50,682 nucleotides of DNA from Acidimicrobiia bacterium (lineage in GTDB: Bacteria > Actinomycetota > Acidimicrobiia > Spongiisociales > JAENVV01). This document shows, piece by piece, positions 34,630-45,415 of this stretch (within the stretch, counting starts at the first letter, position 1; every line of letters starts with the position of its first letter). Under the pieces are notes generated by a model. It made no database searches, had not been told where the DNA came from, and saw only the letters and a program-made list of their open reading frames with translations. The stretch spans positions 1 to 50,682 of the forward strand of contig JAOUMT010000002.1 of assembly GCA_029881355.1 (NCBI GenBank), written 5' to 3'. Position numbers and translations under genes: made by a program.

Positions 34630-34926
34630 ATGACAACAGATGATTGGAGAACTGAAACCGTACTCGCCCTGAGCGAGGCGATCGCCTCGCTCGACGACGC
34701 CAACGAAGTTGCCGGGCTGCTGCGCGACCTCTGTACCCGGCGCGAAATCACCGAGATGGCCAGTCGATGGCAGATCGTTCGCTTGCTCGATTCCGGTCTC
34801 TCCTACCGCGACATCGCCCAGCAGACCGGTGCGTCTACCGCCACGGTAACGCGGGTCAGTCAGTGGCTCAATCACGGAACCGGGGGTTATCAGATGACCC
34901 TCGCTCGCATAAAGGAACAATCATGA
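34630..34926 (+). CDS. YerC/YecD-family TrpR-related DNA-binding protein
   Basis: 98 aa. CTRREITEMASRWQIVRLLDSGLSYRDIAQQTGASTATVTRVSQWLNHGTGGY matches the YerC/YecD pattern. ATGA overlap with hisG. Confidence 0.85.
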   Translation: MTTDDWRTETVLALSEAIASLDDANEVAGLLRDLCTRREITEMASRWQIVRLLDSGLSYRDIAQQTGASTATVTRVSQWLNHGTGGYQMTLARIKEQS

Positions 34927-35783
34927 CCCGGACGCTGCGACTGGCCATACCCAACAAGGGCCGCCTGCGAGACACGACTTCCTCGTTGCTGTCTGATGCC
35001 GGGCTCGACTTCGAGAAGTCGGATCGCACCCTTTCGGTTTCGGTACGAAACGTTGATCTGGATCTCCTCTTCGTCCGGACGGAAGACATCGCCGAACTCG
35101 TCTCGGACGGCACGGCCGACTTGGGGATAACCGGGCAGGACCTTCTGGCCGAAAACGGCGTTGACCTTCCAGTGCTCGCCGAACTCGGATACGGACATTG
35201 CCGGCTGGTAGCCGCCGTGCCGAAGGCGTCACTCGCCGAAAAGCTGGAGGATCTCGCCGGGACCCGGGTGGCCACTGCCCACCCCAACGCCACCCGGCGT
35301 ATCTTCGAAGAGCGCGGCATCGCCGCCGACATCGTCACGCTACGGGGGTCGGTGGAAGTGGCACCAAAACTGGGCGTTGCCGATGCGATCGTCGACCTTG
35401 TATCGACGGGTTCGACCATGCTCGTGAATGGCCTTCGGCAACTGGATACGATCCTCGTGTCTCAAGCCGTTCTTATCGGCTCCCAGACTTCCCTCGACTC
35501 ACGATCAACCGAAGCGGACGCCGTGGTGACCGCACTGACCGCCGTGACGGAAGGCCGCCGCAAGCGGTACTTGCTCCTCAACGCCCCGTCTAGCTCAGTG
35601 GGTGCCATACAGAGGATCATCCCGGGGTTGGGCGCACCCACCGTTGTCCCACTCGCTGACGACACGATGGTGGCGGTGCATTCGGTCGTCGATGCCGGTT
35701 CGATTTGGAACCTGCTCCCGGACCTGAAGGCGGCCGGCGCCCGCGACATTCTTGTTTTGCGTATAGAACAACTCATCCCGTAA
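34923..35783 (+). CDS. hisG: ATP phosphoribosyltransferase, long form
   Basis: Start at the ATG at 34923 (MTRTLRLAIPNKGRL). 286 aa including the C-terminal regulatory domain. Confidence 0.9.
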   Translation: MTRTLRLAIPNKGRLRDTTSSLLSDAGLDFEKSDRTLSVSVRNVDLDLLFVRTEDIAELVSDGTADLGITGQDLLAENGVDLPVLAELGYGHCRLVAAVPKASLAEKLEDLAGTRVATAHPNATRRIFEERGIAADIVTLRGSVEVAPKLGVADAIVDLVSTGSTMLVNGLRQLDTILVSQAVLIGSQTSLDSRSTEADAVVTALTAVTEGRRKRYLLLNAPSSSVGAIQRIIPGLGAPTVVPLADDTMVAVHSVVDAGSIWNLLPDLKAAGARDILVLRIEQLIP

Positions 35784-35796
35784 GGAAGCCGAACTC

Positions 35797-36381
35797 ATGC
35801 CACGTATTGCAACCATTGAACGCACCACCCTCGAGACCAAGGTTTCGGTCACCGTCAACCTGGACGGGACCGGTGTCACCACCGTGACAACCGGAGTCGG
35901 CTTCTTCGACCACCTGCTTACTTCGCTGGGTCACCACAGCCTCTTCGACCTGTCCATCTCGTGCGAAGGAGACCTGCACATCGACGACCACCACAGCGTC
36001 GAAGACACGATGCTGGTACTCGGAGAGGCCTTTGCGACCGCTCTCGGCGAACGGACCGGTATCTCGCGCTACGGCAACGCCACGGTCCCCATGGACGAAG
36101 CACTCGGAACGTGTGCCATCGACGTGGGCGGGCGACCCTTCTCGTCGATCCGGGCGACCCTCCAGGGTCCCAGCATAGGGAACTTCACCACACAGAACTT
36201 TGAACATGGACTCGAAGCTCTCGCCCGCACCGGAGGGTTCACATTGCACCTCACCGCCACCGGTAATAACGATCACCATGTTGCCGAGGCAGGTATCAAA
36301 TCTGTGGCGCGGGCGTTGCGAATGGCAGTCGCCGTCGACGATCGTCGGGTCGGAATCGCCTCGACCAAAGGGACCACGTGA
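35797..36381 (+). CDS. hisB: Imidazoleglycerol-phosphate dehydratase
   Basis: 194 aa. RTTLETKVSV...GVGFFDHLL...DDHHSVEDT...GNNDHHVAEA motifs. RBS AAGGAAG upstream. Confidence 0.95.
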   Translation: MPRIATIERTTLETKVSVTVNLDGTGVTTVTTGVGFFDHLLTSLGHHSLFDLSISCEGDLHIDDHHSVEDTMLVLGEAFATALGERTGISRYGNATVPMDEALGTCAIDVGGRPFSSIRATLQGPSIGNFTTQNFEHGLEALARTGGFTLHLTATGNNDHHVAEAGIKSVARALRMAVAVDDRRVGIASTKGTT

Positions 36382-36974
36382 CGACGATCGCCGTCATCGA
36401 TCACGGGGCCGGCAACCTGGTGTCGATCGCCCAAAGCTTGGCGCGGGTTGGGGCGGACGTCATCGTCGCTAGCGAGCCATCGGACATCGCCAAAGCCGAC
36501 GGACTGGTGCTTCCGGGCGTCGGAACCACGGGTGGCGTCATGCACGGGATCGATGAGGCCGGGTTCCGGCCGGCGATTACACAGTGGGATCGACCCCTGC
36601 TCGGCATATGTGTCGGCTTGCAGGTGTTGTTTGAGTCCTCTCACGAGGATGACGCCAAGTGCTTCGGATTTGTTCCCGGATCCGTCGAGCGACTCCGGGA
36701 CGCCCCTCGACTCCCCCACATCGGATGGAATGACGTGTCCATGAACCATGACCCCCTATTCGCCGATATCGGACCTGAGGCGACGTTCTATTTCGTCCAC
36801 TCGTACGCCCCCCGGCCGTCCACGAGCGACACTGTGATCGGCACGAGCACCTACGGCGAAACGTTCGTTTCGGCAGTTCGCTCTGGCCGTCGGGTCGGCA
36901 CTCAGTTTCATCCAGAACGGTCCGGCAACAACGGTCTCCAGTTGCTTGCCAACTTCGTGGCGATGGCTGCATGA
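36378..36974 (+). CDS. hisH: Imidazole glycerol phosphate synthase, glutamine amidotransferase subunit
   Basis: [18 protein letters not shown] (catalytic Cys), FHPERS. GTGA overlap with hisB. Confidence 0.95.
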   Translation: MTTIAVIDHGAGNLVSIAQSLARVGADVIVASEPSDIAKADGLVLPGVGTTGGVMHGIDEAGFRPAITQWDRPLLGICVGLQVLFESSHEDDAKCFGFVPGSVERLRDAPRLPHIGWNDVSMNHDPLFADIGPEATFYFVHSYAPRPSTSDTVIGTSTYGETFVSAVRSGRRVGTQFHPERSGNNGLQLLANFVAMAA

Positions 36975-37735
36975 CCCTGCGAACTCGGATCATTCCTTGC
37001 TTGGACGTCAAAGACGGTCGCGTCGTAAAAGGCGTGAACTTCGTAAACCTCGCCGACGCGGGAGATCCGGTGGAACTGGCGACTCGTTACGCCGACGAAG
37101 GTGCCGACGAGATTTGCTATCTCGACATTTCCGCTTCGCCAGAGGGACGCGGCACGTTGCTCGATGTGGTCCGTCGGACCGCTTCCAATGTCTTCGTACC
37201 GCTCACCGTCGGAGGTGGGGTCAGAACCGCCGACGACATGCGAGCCGTGTTGCGGGCGGGCGCCGACAAGGTCGCGGTCAACACCGCCGCAGTTGCCGAC
37301 CCCTCCCTCCTGGAATCGTGCGCAACCCGCTTTGGCCGACAATGCGTAGTCATCGCAATCGACACCAAGCGACGCGATGGCTGGTTCGAGGTCGTCGTCA
37401 ATGGAGGTCGCCGACCCACCGGCATCGACGCGATCGACTGGGCGCGCCAGGCCACCAAACTCGGCGCTGGTGAGATCCTCCTCACGTCGATGGACGCTGA
37501 CGGGACCAAGGCGGGATTCGATCTCGCAGTCACCAGAGCGGTAACCGCCGCAGTCGACGTTCCAGTCATCGCTTCGGGTGGCGCCGGAACCGTGGATCAC
37601 TGCATCGATGTGGTCCTCGAAGCCGACGCCAGCGCCGTTCTGGCAGCTTCCATCTTTCACCGGCGCGAAATCGAGATCTCATCGCTCAAGTCGGCGATGG
37701 CGGCCGCCGGAATCCCCGTGCGGGAACTGGTCTGA
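36971..37735 (+). CDS. hisF: Imidazole glycerol phosphate synthase, cyclase subunit
   Basis: [16 protein letters not shown]...GGGVRT...ASGGAG. ATGA overlap with hisH. Confidence 0.95.
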   Translation: MTLRTRIIPCLDVKDGRVVKGVNFVNLADAGDPVELATRYADEGADEICYLDISASPEGRGTLLDVVRRTASNVFVPLTVGGGVRTADDMRAVLRAGADKVAVNTAAVADPSLLESCATRFGRQCVVIAIDTKRRDGWFEVVVNGGRRPTGIDAIDWARQATKLGAGEILLTSMDADGTKAGFDLAVTRAVTAAVDVPVIASGGAGTVDHCIDVVLEADASAVLAASIFHRREIEISSLKSAMAAAGIPVRELV

Positions 37736-38331
37736 TGGTCACCTTCAACGCAGAAGGCCTGATACCCGCCACCATCCAGAATGCCGACACTGGCCAGGTG
37801 CTCATGATGGCCTGGATGAACGAGGAATCACTCGATGCAACCCGGACGAGCGGTTTGGTCACCTTCTGGTCGCGCAGCCGCCAAGAGCTGTGGCAGAAAG
37901 GTGCGACGTCTGGCAACGAGCTGCGGCTGGTAGAACTGCATCCGGACTGCGATGGCGATGCCCTACTGGTTCTCGCCCGACCGGCGGGACCGGCTTGTCA
38001 CAACGGGACCACATCGTGCTTCGACAATTCCCCTCCCCCCGACTTCTCTGAGTTCGGCCACCTATGGGCCACTATCAGCGAACGGATCAAAACCCGGCCG
38101 AACGGTTCATACACGACGACCCTCGCCGACGACCACGACCTGGCAGCCCGCAAAGTTCTTGAAGAGGCCGGCGAAGTCTCCTTCGCCTCCAAGGATCTGG
38201 ACGCCGGACGTGGAGACAAACAGCGACTCATCGAAGAGATGGCCGATCTGGTCTATCACACGCTGGCGCTGGCAGCCGCCCAGGAAATCTCGGTTGTTGA
38301 AATCGGCGCAGAGCTGAATCGACGCAGCTAG
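37735..38331 (+). CDS. hisI: Bifunctional phosphoribosyl-AMP cyclohydrolase / phosphoribosyl-ATP pyrophosphatase
   Basis: The N-terminal half has [17 protein letters not shown] and CDGDALL. The C-terminal half has the HisE-like LEEAGE...[14 protein letters not shown] overlap with hisF. Confidence 0.9.
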   Translation: MVTFNAEGLIPATIQNADTGQVLMMAWMNEESLDATRTSGLVTFWSRSRQELWQKGATSGNELRLVELHPDCDGDALLVLARPAGPACHNGTTSCFDNSPPPDFSEFGHLWATISERIKTRPNGSYTTTLADDHDLAARKVLEEAGEVSFASKDLDAGRGDKQRLIEEMADLVYHTLALAAAQEISVVEIGAELNRRS

Positions 38332-39353
38332 CCGAGGAGCCCGGGAAGCACCCGCAACAACTCAGGTGGCCCCTGAACGAGCATCGTCGTGATCACCGTT
38401 TCGGACCACCGGGCCATCTCGTCCCGGACCTTCTCTGGCGGTCCGACGAGCGCGACATCTTCGACCATGGCCAGAGGAATCGAGGCGATTGCCTCCGCTT
38501 TCCTCCCCTCGAGGTACAGATCCTGGATGCGATGCGCCTCAGCCTCGTACCCCATCCTGGCTACCACGTCGAAGTGGAAGTTGGCCCCTTTGGCACCCAT
38601 TCCCCCGACATAGAGCGCCAGCATCGGACGGATTACGTTTGCGGCTTGCTCCGGGTCGGGGTTGATGATCACCGGGACCGGACAGGCCACCTCAAAATCA
38701 GCCAGCGTTCGGCGAGCGCCAGGTCGAGCGAAACCGTCCGCCAACGCGTTCCGGTAAAACTCGTCTGACCTTGGCGAAAACCAGAAAGGCAGCCAACCAT
38801 CGGCTATCTCGGCGGCCAGAGCCACATTCTTCGGACCCTCTGCCGCCAGGAAGATCGGTAACTCCGGTCGCCGCGGGTGAATCGTGACTTTGAGCGGTTT
38901 ACCGAGGCCACTGCCACCCTCGAGCGGCAGTTGATAATGCTCACCGGCGAAGGCAACCGGACCTTCACGGGCGATCACCTGCCGGACGATGTCGATGTAC
39001 TCACGGGTCCTCGCCAACGGCTTCGGATACGGTTGGCCGTACCAGCCTTCGACGACCTGCGGGCCAGAGACTCCGAGCCCGAGCACGAACCTCCCCTGCG
39101 AAAGATGGTCCATCGTCATGGCGGCCATCGCCGTCGCCGTCGGAGTCCTGGCCGCCATCTGCATGATGGCAGTCCCCAGCCGCATCGTCTTGGTGTTCGA
39201 TCCCCACCAGGCGAGCGGGGTCAGCGCGTCCGATCCGTATGCTTCGGCCGTCCACACGCTGTCGTAGCCAAGGTCTTCGGCCTCGGTCAGCAGCTCAGTC
39301 ATTCCGGTAGGTGGCTGCGCACTCCAGTAGCCGATCGACAAACCCAACTTCAT
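38328..39353 (-). CDS. LLM-class (luciferase-like) F420-dependent oxidoreductase
   Basis: 341 aa. [10 protein letters not shown]...[15 protein letters not shown]...RLGTAI...[18 protein letters not shown] is typical of the family. Confidence 0.85.
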   Translation of the reverse strand: MKLGLSIGYWSAQPPTGMTELLTEAEDLGYDSVWTAEAYGSDALTPLAWWGSNTKTMRLGTAIMQMAARTPTATAMAAMTMDHLSQGRFVLGLGVSGPQVVEGWYGQPYPKPLARTREYIDIVRQVIAREGPVAFAGEHYQLPLEGGSGLGKPLKVTIHPRRPELPIFLAAEGPKNVALAAEIADGWLPFWFSPRSDEFYRNALADGFARPGARRTLADFEVACPVPVIINPDPEQAANVIRPMLALYVGGMGAKGANFHFDVVARMGYEAEAHRIQDLYLEGRKAEAIASIPLAMVEDVALVGPPEKVRDEMARWSETVITTMLVQGPPELLRVLPGLLG

Positions 39354-39415
39354 CGTATTAGCCCTTATCGCTGGTGGTTTATCGAGGCTAGCCGCCCGCG
39401 ATTAGGCTGCCGAAC

Positions 39416-40747
39416 ATGGGGAACGAATTCACGTGGGGCGTCGCGACATCCGCCTATCAAATCGAAGGTGGTCGCTTCGAAGACGGGAAGGTTGATTCGA
39501 TCTGGGACACCTTCTCCGACAAGGGTCAGCTCCCGGAATCGGGTGATGTGGCGTGCGACCATTATCACCGCTACCCCGACGATATCGCCCTCATGTCGCA
39601 GCTCGGGGTCGATGCCTATCGGATGTCGATCGCCTGGACCAGGGTCGTGGACAACTCTGGGCGGGTCAATCCTGCGGGTTTGGCGTTCTATGACGGGATC
39701 ATCGATGCCCTCCTCGCAGCCGGCATCTCCCCGTGGATAACCATCTATCACTGGGACCTTCCTCAGTCGCTTGAGGACGCGGGCGGATGGCCCGATCGCC
39801 ACACCATTGACGCCTTTGACCACTACACCAACATCGTGAGCAACCACTTCGGCAATCGGGTCAAGAACTGGATCACCATCAATGAACCCTGGGTAGCGGC
39901 GATGCTCGGTTATCGCGAGGGGGTGTTCGCTCCCGGCCGAACCTCGATGGCCGATGCCCTCGCCGCCGGCCACCACTTGCTGCTCGCCCATGGACGGGCC
40001 GTCGCCACTATTCGCGCCAACGTGCCGGATGCTCGGGTTGGGATCGCCCTGGATTGTCGACCGAGTCGACCCGCCAGCGCAAACGAAGCGGACGTTGCAG
40101 CCAACCGGCACTTCGACGGTTTCAGGAATCGGTGGTTTTTCGATCCCGTATTCGGGCTCGGATACCCTCAGGACATGTTGAATGCCTATGCGACTGCCGG
40201 GTATCTCCCATCGACCCGTCCGGACTGGCTCAAGGATGGCGACCTCGAAACGATTGCCGCCGATATCGACTTTCTCGGGCTCAACTATTACACCTCCCAG
40301 ACGATCGCTGCCGGCGGCGAAGAGGTGGAGACGGCCACCATCCAACCAGGTCCGAATCCGCCCGCCGGCTACACGGACATGGGATGGGCGATCACGCCCG
40401 ACGGTCTCCGCCAATACCTGGGCCATCTCAACGACACGTACGCGCCGCCCTCGATCATCATCACCGAGAACGGCGCCAGTTTCGCAGACGCGCCCGGGCC
40501 GGATGGTCAGGTCCGAGATCTGCGCCGCCAACGATATCTCGAATCACATATCGAGGCGATCGACCAAGCCATCAGGGAGGGAGTAGCGGTCGATGGGTAT
40601 TTCTTGTGGAGCTTCCTCGACAACCTCGAATGGACGTCGGGCTATGCCCAGCGTTTCGGAATCGTGCACGTTGATCACACCAGCCAGACCCGCACCCGCA
40701 AAGAGTCGTTTGACTGGTATCGCCGCCGGATCAGCCGTCCGCGCTAG
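39416..40747 (+). CDS. GH1 beta-glucosidase
   Basis: FTWGVATSAYQIEG, ITINEPW (acid/base Glu), IIITENGAS (nucleophile Glu). Confidence 0.95.
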   Translation: MGNEFTWGVATSAYQIEGGRFEDGKVDSIWDTFSDKGQLPESGDVACDHYHRYPDDIALMSQLGVDAYRMSIAWTRVVDNSGRVNPAGLAFYDGIIDALLAAGISPWITIYHWDLPQSLEDAGGWPDRHTIDAFDHYTNIVSNHFGNRVKNWITINEPWVAAMLGYREGVFAPGRTSMADALAAGHHLLLAHGRAVATIRANVPDARVGIALDCRPSRPASANEADVAANRHFDGFRNRWFFDPVFGLGYPQDMLNAYATAGYLPSTRPDWLKDGDLETIAADIDFLGLNYYTSQTIAAGGEEVETATIQPGPNPPAGYTDMGWAITPDGLRQYLGHLNDTYAPPSIIITENGASFADAPGPDGQVRDLRRQRYLESHIEAIDQAIREGVAVDGYFLWSFLDNLEWTSGYAQRFGIVHVDHTSQTRTRKESFDWYRRRISRPR

Positions 40748-40900
40748 ACCGACGCACGATCCTTCACCGCCACCCTGCGACGATCAGCGAAGCCTGGCTG
40801 GGGTTCCTGAATACTTACGGACGACCCGACACTCACTCGGAAACATCCCTGAAGGCTGCGCGAACCGGTCCCCATCGTTGACTACCCTGCGTCCCGTCTG

Positions 40901-43288
40901 ATGCCGATTGCCACCATTCCCTCCGAGGGACTCACCAGCGAGCAAGTTGCCGAGCGCTTCGCATCAGGCAAACGCAACGTGCGCCCGTCTGGGCCCGATC
41001 GTACGACTTCGGACATCATCAAAGCGAACACGCTCACGCGCTTCAATCTCTTGATCGCCGTACTCGTCGTCGTAATCGTCTTCGTAGCACCAATACAAGA
41101 TGCCCTGTTCGGCCTCGTCATGGTTATCAACTCAGTGATAGGCATCGTCCAGGAACTCCGTGCCAAGATCACTTTGGACCGTCTTCGCCTCATCGAAGCA
41201 CCGCATGTTCGCGTTATCCGGGATGGAATCGAGACCTCGGTTCCCGTCGAAGACGTGGTCGAGGACGACACGGTTGTGTTGCATTCGGGTGACCAGGTGG
41301 TCGTGGATGGCACCGTAAGTAGCAGCCACGGACTCGAGATAGACGAGAGCCTCCTGACAGGTGAAGCCGATGCGGTACCAAAAGAGCCTGGCAATTGGGC
41401 GAGGTCAGGCAGTTTCGTGGTTGCCGGCTCGGGTCACATGATCGCCGAACGGGTCGGCGCAGCGTCTTTTGCGGCTCAACTGGCCGTCGAGGCTCGCAAA
41501 TTCACGCTCGTCAACTCTGAGATCCGGTCGGGAATCGACACCGTGTTGACGATCATCGGCTGGATGCTCATTCCGATCGGGTCGATCCTCGTGATCGGTC
41601 AGCTCACGCAAGGATTCGCACAAGCTGCAACTGGTGCGGTTGCCGGCATGGTTGCGATGATTCCCCAGGGTCTGGTTTTGCTGACGTCAGTTGCATTCGC
41701 CGTTGCGGTAGTGCGCCTCGGACGCCATCGGGTCCTGGTGCAGGAGCTTCCTGCAGTCGAAACCCTGGCGAGAGTCGACGTGGTCTGCTTCGACAAAACC
41801 GGAACCCTGACTGAGGGCACCTTGCGACTGATCGCCACCCAGTTGATATCGGGAGACAAGGACACCGTTCGCCAGGCACTCGGCGCACTATCTCGCGTCG
41901 AGGACGAACCCAACGCCACCGCCCAGCTACTGGTTGGTGCGACTTCGGACCCGGGCTGGCGACTTGCGCGGTCAGTGGCTTTCTCCTCGGCCCGGAAATG
42001 GTCCGCGGCGAGTTTTCACCAACGCGGCACTTGGGTCTTGGGTGCCCCGGACGTCGTTGCACCCCTCACGAAGAGTCTCGCCGCCACCGTCGCCAAGCAC
42101 GCCAAGGCCGGGCGACGAGTGATCGCCCTCGCCTACACGGATGCGCTGCTGACTGGCGCCGACCTGCCACCGGGGCTAGCCACCTGGGCTCTGGTGATCG
42201 TTGGTGACACGGTGCGGCCCGATGCCGAAGCGGCCCTGGCTTATTTTGCCGAACAAAGTGTCGCGGTCAAAGTGATCTCGGGGGACGACCCGAGGACAGT
42301 CGCAGCAATCGCCCATGCCGCCGGCGTGGCCGGTTCCAACCGGGTAGTGGACGGACGACGACTCCCAACGGACCCCGCCCGTCTCCAGGCAATCGCTGAA
42401 CGGGGGGTGGTCTTTGGTCGGATCACGCCGCACCAAAAACGGGACCTGGTTCAAGCGCTCCAGGCCAAAGGACACACGGTGGCGATGACCGGGGATGGCG
42501 TCAACGACGTGCTGGCACTTAAAGAGGCAGATATCGGAGTGGCTATGGGTGGGGGTAGTGCCGCGTCACGGGCGGTATCTCAACTCGTCCTACTCGACGG
42601 TACTTTCGACGCGCTACCTCAGGTGGTTGCAGAAGGACGCCGGATCATCGGGAACATCGAACGAGTCTCCAACCTTTTTTTGACGAAAACGGTGTATGCC
42701 ATGGCCCTGGCAGTTTCAACTGCCTTTGCACAAGTCGCGTTTCCATTTCTACCCCGGCAACTCAGCCTGGTCGGTGCCCTCACCATCGGGATTCCGGGTT
42801 TCTTTCTGGCCCTCCAACCCTCATCTACGCCGGTCCGGCCCGGGTTCCTCCTCCGGGCGTTCCGCTTCGCCATCCCCACCGGCCTCATCGCCGCGGCAGC
42901 CACCTACGGGGCCTACGGGCTAGCTCGTAGTCAGGGAGTTGGACTCGCCGAAGCACGCACAACCGCAACGCTGGTGCTCGTGGCAGTCAGCCTGTTTGCC
43001 CTGCTCGTCGTAAGCCGGCCTCTGACCACCGCCCGCCAGGTGCTCGTTATGGCCATGACCTTCGTATTTGTCCTGACGGTCGCCTTCGAACCCCCACGGG
43101 TTTTCTACGAATTGCCACTGCCGTCGGCCATCGTCATTTGGGCATCTGTGGGAATTGCTGCAGCAACCGGCACGGTGATGTACGCCGCCTGGCAGTTGTC
43201 AGGTTGGATCCTCCAGGGCGGGGTGCACTCCTTCGTGGAAGCCGCGGTGAGGACGTTCACCCGCAAACCGATCGATTATGAGAGCTAG
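40901..43288 (+). CDS. Cation-transporting P-type ATPase (HAD-IC)
   Basis: LTGEA, CFDKTGTLT and MTGDGVNDVLALKEADIGVAMG motifs, with TM segments at both ends. Confidence 0.9.
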   Translation: MPIATIPSEGLTSEQVAERFASGKRNVRPSGPDRTTSDIIKANTLTRFNLLIAVLVVVIVFVAPIQDALFGLVMVINSVIGIVQELRAKITLDRLRLIEAPHVRVIRDGIETSVPVEDVVEDDTVVLHSGDQVVVDGTVSSSHGLEIDESLLTGEADAVPKEPGNWARSGSFVVAGSGHMIAERVGAASFAAQLAVEARKFTLVNSEIRSGIDTVLTIIGWMLIPIGSILVIGQLTQGFAQAATGAVAGMVAMIPQGLVLLTSVAFAVAVVRLGRHRVLVQELPAVETLARVDVVCFDKTGTLTEGTLRLIATQLISGDKDTVRQALGALSRVEDEPNATAQLLVGATSDPGWRLARSVAFSSARKWSAASFHQRGTWVLGAPDVVAPLTKSLAATVAKHAKAGRRVIALAYTDALLTGADLPPGLATWALVIVGDTVRPDAEAALAYFAEQSVAVKVISGDDPRTVAAIAHAAGVAGSNRVVDGRRLPTDPARLQAIAERGVVFGRITPHQKRDLVQALQAKGHTVAMTGDGVNDVLALKEADIGVAMGGGSAASRAVSQLVLLDGTFDALPQVVAEGRRIIGNIERVSNLFLTKTVYAMALAVSTAFAQVAFPFLPRQLSLVGALTIGIPGFFLALQPSSTPVRPGFLLRAFRFAIPTGLIAAAATYGAYGLARSQGVGLAEARTTATLVLVAVSLFALLVVSRPLTTARQVLVMAMTFVFVLTVAFEPPRVFYELPLPSAIVIWASVGIAAATGTVMYAAWQLSGWILQGGVHSFVEAAVRTFTRKPIDYES

Positions 43289-44189
43289 GACTCAAAGGCT
43301 CATTCTGGTGCTCGGGGTGATCGCCGGTGGGTGCATCGCCGAGCCTCTGGATCAATCCCCACTCAACACGTACCCTCCGCCCGGTTCGATCCCCTTTTCC
43401 GTGACCACCATTGCCGCCAGCCCCCCAACTTCGGGCGGCGGCGATGCGGTCGACAGCTCAGTCGACGTAATCACCCTTGCCAAAGATCGTCCGTTCGCCG
43501 GGCGGTTTCGCTATGACGTGTACGGCCCCGACTCAGCACTCAACACGCCGGTGGTCATACTCGTGCATGACCTCGGCGGTGTCGCCGAAGTGGCCCACCT
43601 CGCCCGAGTTCTGGCCGAAACCCGCATCGTGATCGTCCCCCACTACGACAGTCCCGTGCGCGGTGGACGTTTCCCGGACCCCATGTCCGCTACCGCGTGT
43701 GCCCTGGCCATGGCCTCCGAATCCGACGTATACGGCGCCAATCCAACCGACGTGGCTGTTCTCGGCGTCGGGTTCGGAGCTTTGGCAGGGTTCATCGTCG
43801 CGAATACCGGCGAGCTCTACCTCCCGGCAGAGTGCGAATACGACGAGATGGCCGCGCCGGAGCGGTTGGTTGCCCTTGGCGGAAGTTGGAGTCCTGACGC
43901 TCTCGCCAACGACTCATTCGACGCGATGGCCACGTTCATGGGGGGTACTCCTCAGCAAGTACCGGCCACCTGGGCGCTGCTCGACCCAGCCCAATACGGC
44001 TCGCCGACTCCCATCGAGATAACCCTCATCCGCGGCGCCCACGATCTCGACGGCTCGGTCACCGACGGGTTCGCAGGGCAGCTGCTCGCCAAGGGATGGC
44101 CGGTGGTCGCCGGCATCATCGCCGGGCACACGAGCCGGAGTGCCCTATCTGGTGCTGAAGCAGAAATCGCCGGCTACCTGGAGCCCTAG
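43278..44189 (+). CDS. Putative lipoprotein, alpha/beta-hydrolase-like
   Basis: Signal/lipobox [20 protein letters not shown] and a GVGFGA nucleophile-elbow-like motif. Overlaps the ATPase gene by 11 nt. The product call is weak. Confidence 0.6.
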   Translation: MRARTQRLILVLGVIAGGCIAEPLDQSPLNTYPPPGSIPFSVTTIAASPPTSGGGDAVDSSVDVITLAKDRPFAGRFRYDVYGPDSALNTPVVILVHDLGGVAEVAHLARVLAETRIVIVPHYDSPVRGGRFPDPMSATACALAMASESDVYGANPTDVAVLGVGFGALAGFIVANTGELYLPAECEYDEMAAPERLVALGGSWSPDALANDSFDAMATFMGGTPQQVPATWALLDPAQYGSPTPIEITLIRGAHDLDGSVTDGFAGQLLAKGWPVVAGIIAGHTSRSALSGAEAEIAGYLEP

Positions 44190-45412
44190 TCGAGCCTGTC
44201 GTTCTTCCCGATCACGACAATGCCATTGTCCGACACGGTGAACCGCTCGCGATCTGCGTCAAGATCAACGCCAATCTCCATGTTGGCAGGCACCCGAACG
44301 TTCTTGTCGATGATGGCATTGCGGATGATGGCCCCCCGACCAATATCGACGTTCTCAAGAAGGATCGAGCCCTGAATGTCGGCGTATGAGTTCACTCGAA
44401 CCAGCGGCGAGAGTATCGATTGCACGACGTGCCCGCCGGAGACGACCGATCCCGACGACACCATCGAATTGATCGCCTCACCACGCCGCTCCTCCTCGTT
44501 GTGAATGAATTTGGCCGGCGGATATGTCGGTTGCCACGTCCGGATCGGCCATTCGGCGTTGTACAGGTCGAAGACCGGATCAAGTGAGATCAAGTCCATC
44601 GACGCCTCGTAATAGGAGTCAATCGTTCCAACATCGCGCCAGTACCCCACCTCACGAGGACTCTGACCCGGCACGTTGTTATCGGCATAGTCGTATACGT
44701 AGGCGTCGCCTTCTCCAACCAATGTCGGAATAATGTTTCCGCCGAGGTCATGACGCGAATCTTCGAGTTCAGCGTCGGCCCTGATCACCCGTTCAAGGAC
44801 GTCGGCCTTGAAGATATAGCTGCCCATCGAAGCAAAGGCCTTGGTGGGGTCACCGGGCAGCGGCGGCGGCACGGCTGGCTTCTCCACGAACGCCCGGATG
44901 CGTCCGCCGGCGTCAGAATCGATCACCCCGAATTCGGTGGCATCGGCGACCGGGACCTGGATGCCGGCGACCGTTACCCCTGCGCCCGATGCGATATGGG
45001 CGTCGAGCATCTGGCGAGGGTCCATCCGATAGATGTGGTCAGCGCCGAAGACGATCACATGTTCGGGCCGCTCATCATCGAGGATGTTGAGATTCTGGAA
45101 AATGGCATCGGCAGATCCGGAATACCACTGTGGACCTCGTCGCATCTGGGCCGGTACGGCCGTGACGTAGTTCCCGAGGATCGGAGACAGTCGCCAGGTT
45201 TGGCTCAGATGCTTGTCAAGGCTGTGGCTTTTGTACTGCGTCAATACGGCAATGTGATGGAACTGGGCGTTCGTCAGGTTGGACAGTACAAAGTCAATCA
45301 GCCGGTAGTGACCACCAAAAGGTACGGCTGGTTTGGCTCTCGATCGGGTCAACGGGTGTAGACGTTTACCCTCGCCACCGGCCAGGACCATGGTCATAAT
45401 TCGTGGGCTCAT
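44186..45412 (-). CDS. glgC: Glucose-1-phosphate adenylyltransferase
   Basis: [24 protein letters not shown], and a C-terminal left-handed beta-helix region. The start may be one of the internal Met codons at 45397/45391. Confidence 0.9.
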   Translation of the reverse strand: MSPRIMTMVLAGGEGKRLHPLTRSRAKPAVPFGGHYRLIDFVLSNLTNAQFHHIAVLTQYKSHSLDKHLSQTWRLSPILGNYVTAVPAQMRRGPQWYSGSADAIFQNLNILDDERPEHVIVFGADHIYRMDPRQMLDAHIASGAGVTVAGIQVPVADATEFGVIDSDAGGRIRAFVEKPAVPPPLPGDPTKAFASMGSYIFKADVLERVIRADAELEDSRHDLGGNIIPTLVGEGDAYVYDYADNNVPGQSPREVGYWRDVGTIDSYYEASMDLISLDPVFDLYNAEWPIRTWQPTYPPAKFIHNEEERRGEAINSMVSSGSVVSGGHVVQSILSPLVRVNSYADIQGSILLENVDIGRGAIIRNAIIDKNVRVPANMEIGVDLDADRERFTVSDNGIVVIGKNDRLD

Positions 45413-45415
45413 AGC

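Noticed and set aside
40748-40900. 154-nt leader upstream of the P-type ATPase as a possible metal-sensing riboswitch (M-box or similar).
   Set aside because: I could see no recognisable conserved core or extended stable helices by eye. It needs a covariance-model scan before any claim.
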